Shown in pieces: positions 62,621-64,000 of a stretch of 64,000 nucleotides of DNA. Numbering within the stretch: position 1 is the stretch's first letter; every line of letters starts with the position of its first letter. A model generated the notes under the pieces. It was not told the origin of the DNA and searched no databases. It saw only the letters and a list, made by a program, of their open reading frames with translations. The stretch comes from an uncultured Collinsella sp. (lineage in GTDB: Bacteria; Actinomycetota; Coriobacteriia; Coriobacteriales; Coriobacteriaceae): NCBI GenBank assembly GCA_905202145.1, contig CAJKQY010000001.1:19782-83781 (forward strand). The letters are read 5' to 3'. The position numbers and the translations under genes are program-made.

Positions 62621-64000
62621 ATGAATACTTCAATTGACATTTCCCACATCCGCAACTTCTCGATCGTTGCGCATATTGACCATGGCAAGTCCACGATCAG
62701 TGACCGCATCCTCGAGCTCACCCATACCGTCGATGAGCGCGACATGGAGTCGCAGCTGCTTGACACGATGGACATCGAGCGCGAGCGCGGCATCACGATC
62801 AAGTCCAATGCCGTCCGCGTTTCCTATGACGCCGACGACGGCGAGACGTATCAGTTCAACCTGATCGATACGCCGGGCCACGTGGACTTCACCTATGAGG
62901 TCTCGCGTTCGCTGGCCGCATGCGAGGGCGCGGTGCTCGTCGTGGACGCCACTCAGGGCGTCGAGGCGCAGACCGTTTCCAACGCGACGCTCGCCATGAA
63001 CGCCAACTTGGACATTGTTCCGGCCATCAACAAGATCGACCTTCCCTCGGCTCACCCCGACGAGGTTAAGACCGAGATCGAAGACGACCTGGCCATTCCC
63101 GCCGACGATGCCGTGTGCGTGTCGGGCAAGACCGGCGAGGGTATCCACGATTTGCTGGAGTCCATCGTCTTTTTGATCTCGCCTCCCAAGGGCGATGCAA
63201 ATGGCCCTCTCAAGGCACTGATTCTGGATTCGTACTTCGATGAGTACCGCGGCGTCGTCGCCACGGTGCGCGTCTTTGACGGTTCCATCAAAAAGGGTGA
63301 TACCCTGCGCATGATGCAGGCCAAGGGCGACTTCTTGGTCGACGGCGTGGGCGTCAAGCGCCCTGCCGAGACGCCGGTCGATGCTCTGACTGTTGGCGAG
63401 GTCGGCTATGTGGTCACGGGTCTGAAGGACCCCGAGGCTGTGCGCGTGGGCGATACCCTTACGTTGGCTTCGAACCCCTGCCCCGAGCCGCTGCCGGGCT
63501 ACCGTGAGGCCAAGCCCATGGTCTACACAGGCCTGTTCCCCATCGACAACAAGGACTATGAGAACCTGCGCGACGCGCTCGATAAGCTGCACGTCAACGA
63601 TCCGTCGTTGGTGTGGGAGCCCGAGACGTCGGTGGCGCTGGGCTTTGGCTTCCGCGTGGGCTTCCTGGGCCTGCTGCACATGGAGGTCGTCAAGGAGCGC
63701 CTGGAGCGCGAGTTCAATCTGGACCTGATCGCCACGAGCCCCTCGGTCGACTACCACGTGTACAAGACTGACGGCGAGATGATCGATGTCCGCAGCCCGC
63801 AGGATCTTCCCGAGGCCACGCGCATCGAGCGTATCGAAGAGCCCTACCTCAAGGCAAAGATCATCTGCCCGCCCGAGTATACGGGTGCCGTCATGCAGCT
63901 CGCTATCGAGCACCGTGGCGTCACGACCGATATGATCCACCTGACGAGCAAATCGGTCGAGATGCGCTTTGATATGCCGCTTGCCGAGCTCATCTTGGAC
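62621..64000 (+). CDS. lepA: elongation factor 4 (LepA), 3'-partial at window end
   Basis: G1 AHIDHGKST, G3 DTPGH, NKID; the reading frame is open to the window end. Confidence 0.92.
   Translation, partial: MNTSIDISHIRNFSIVAHIDHGKSTISDRILELTHTVDERDMESQLLDTMDIERERGITIKSNAVRVSYDADDGETYQFNLIDTPGHVDFTYEVSRSLAACEGAVLVVDATQGVEAQTVSNATLAMNANLDIVPAINKIDLPSAHPDEVKTEIEDDLAIPADDAVCVSGKTGEGIHDLLESIVFLISPPKGDANGPLKALILDSYFDEYRGVVATVRVFDGSIKKGDTLRMMQAKGDFLVDGVGVKRPAETPVDALTVGEVGYVVTGLKDPEAVRVGDTLTLASNPCPEPLPGYREAKPMVYTGLFPIDNKDYENLRDALDKLHVNDPSLVWEPETSVALGFGFRVGFLGLLHMEVVKERLEREFNLDLIATSPSVDYHVYKTDGEMIDVRSPQDLPEATRIERIEEPYLKAKIICPPEYTGAVMQLAIEHRGVTTDMIHLTSKSVEMRFDMPLAELILD

Overview
The window is a high-GC (about 63-65%) bacterial chromosomal segment made almost entirely of conserved housekeeping genes. 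Nearly all are on the + strand and many overlap by 1-4 nt, consistent with translational coupling.

Gene content and order, 5' to 3':
- A partial membrane-anchored acidic protein, cyclophilin (ppiB) and a TPR membrane protein.
- The cell-elongation operon mreB-mreC-mreD-PBP2-rodA, followed by an uncharacterised protein.
- A TIGR03960/TIGR03936-like radical-SAM pair, then rplU-rpmA-obg-nadD-yqeK-rsfS.
- dinB on the minus strand.
- rpsP, a KH-domain protein, rimM, trmD, lepB, glyQ and glyS.
- The PPDK regulatory protein and pyruvate phosphate dikinase.
- rplS, rnhB, yraN, comM, dprA, trmFO and xerC.
- rpsB, tsf, pyrH, frr, uppS, cdsA, dxr, rseP, ispG and proS.
- A minus-strand APH-like kinase and adhE.
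- rpmB on the minus strand, then the pyrimidine operon pyrR-pyrB-pyrC-pyrK-pyrD-pyrF.
- Actinobacterial-type mIHF, gmk, rpoZ and thiI.
- comEA, comEC, holA, rpsT and the 5' part of lepA.

The synteny is Firmicutes-like (rpsP...rplS-rnhB...dprA-trmFO-xerC, and rpsB-tsf-pyrH-frr-uppS-cdsA-dxr-rseP-proS), but it is combined with Actinobacteria-type mIHF-gmk-rpoZ, high GC and anaerobe enzymes (AdhE, PPDK). This fits a Coriobacteriia-like organism; that is an inference, not a database result.

The only clearly accessory element is a lower-GC IS200/RAYT-like HUH tyrosine transposase gene (48651..49235) between adhE and rpmB. It carries a perfect 27-bp inverted repeat and a cluster of REP-like hairpin repeats, sitting in the adhE upstream region.

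Other points worth follow-up:
- An uncharacterised protein appended to the elongasome operon.
- The radical-SAM pair of unknown function.
- An RseP with a large HTH-like cytoplasmic insertion.
- A non-canonical xerC start.
- Direct-repeat motifs upstream of ppdK.
- A near-complete competence gene set.

I found no CRISPR arrays, rRNA or tRNA genes, prophage, or defence, toxin or secretion systems. Despite the prompt, I see no strong evidence of a large novel multi-gene system here.
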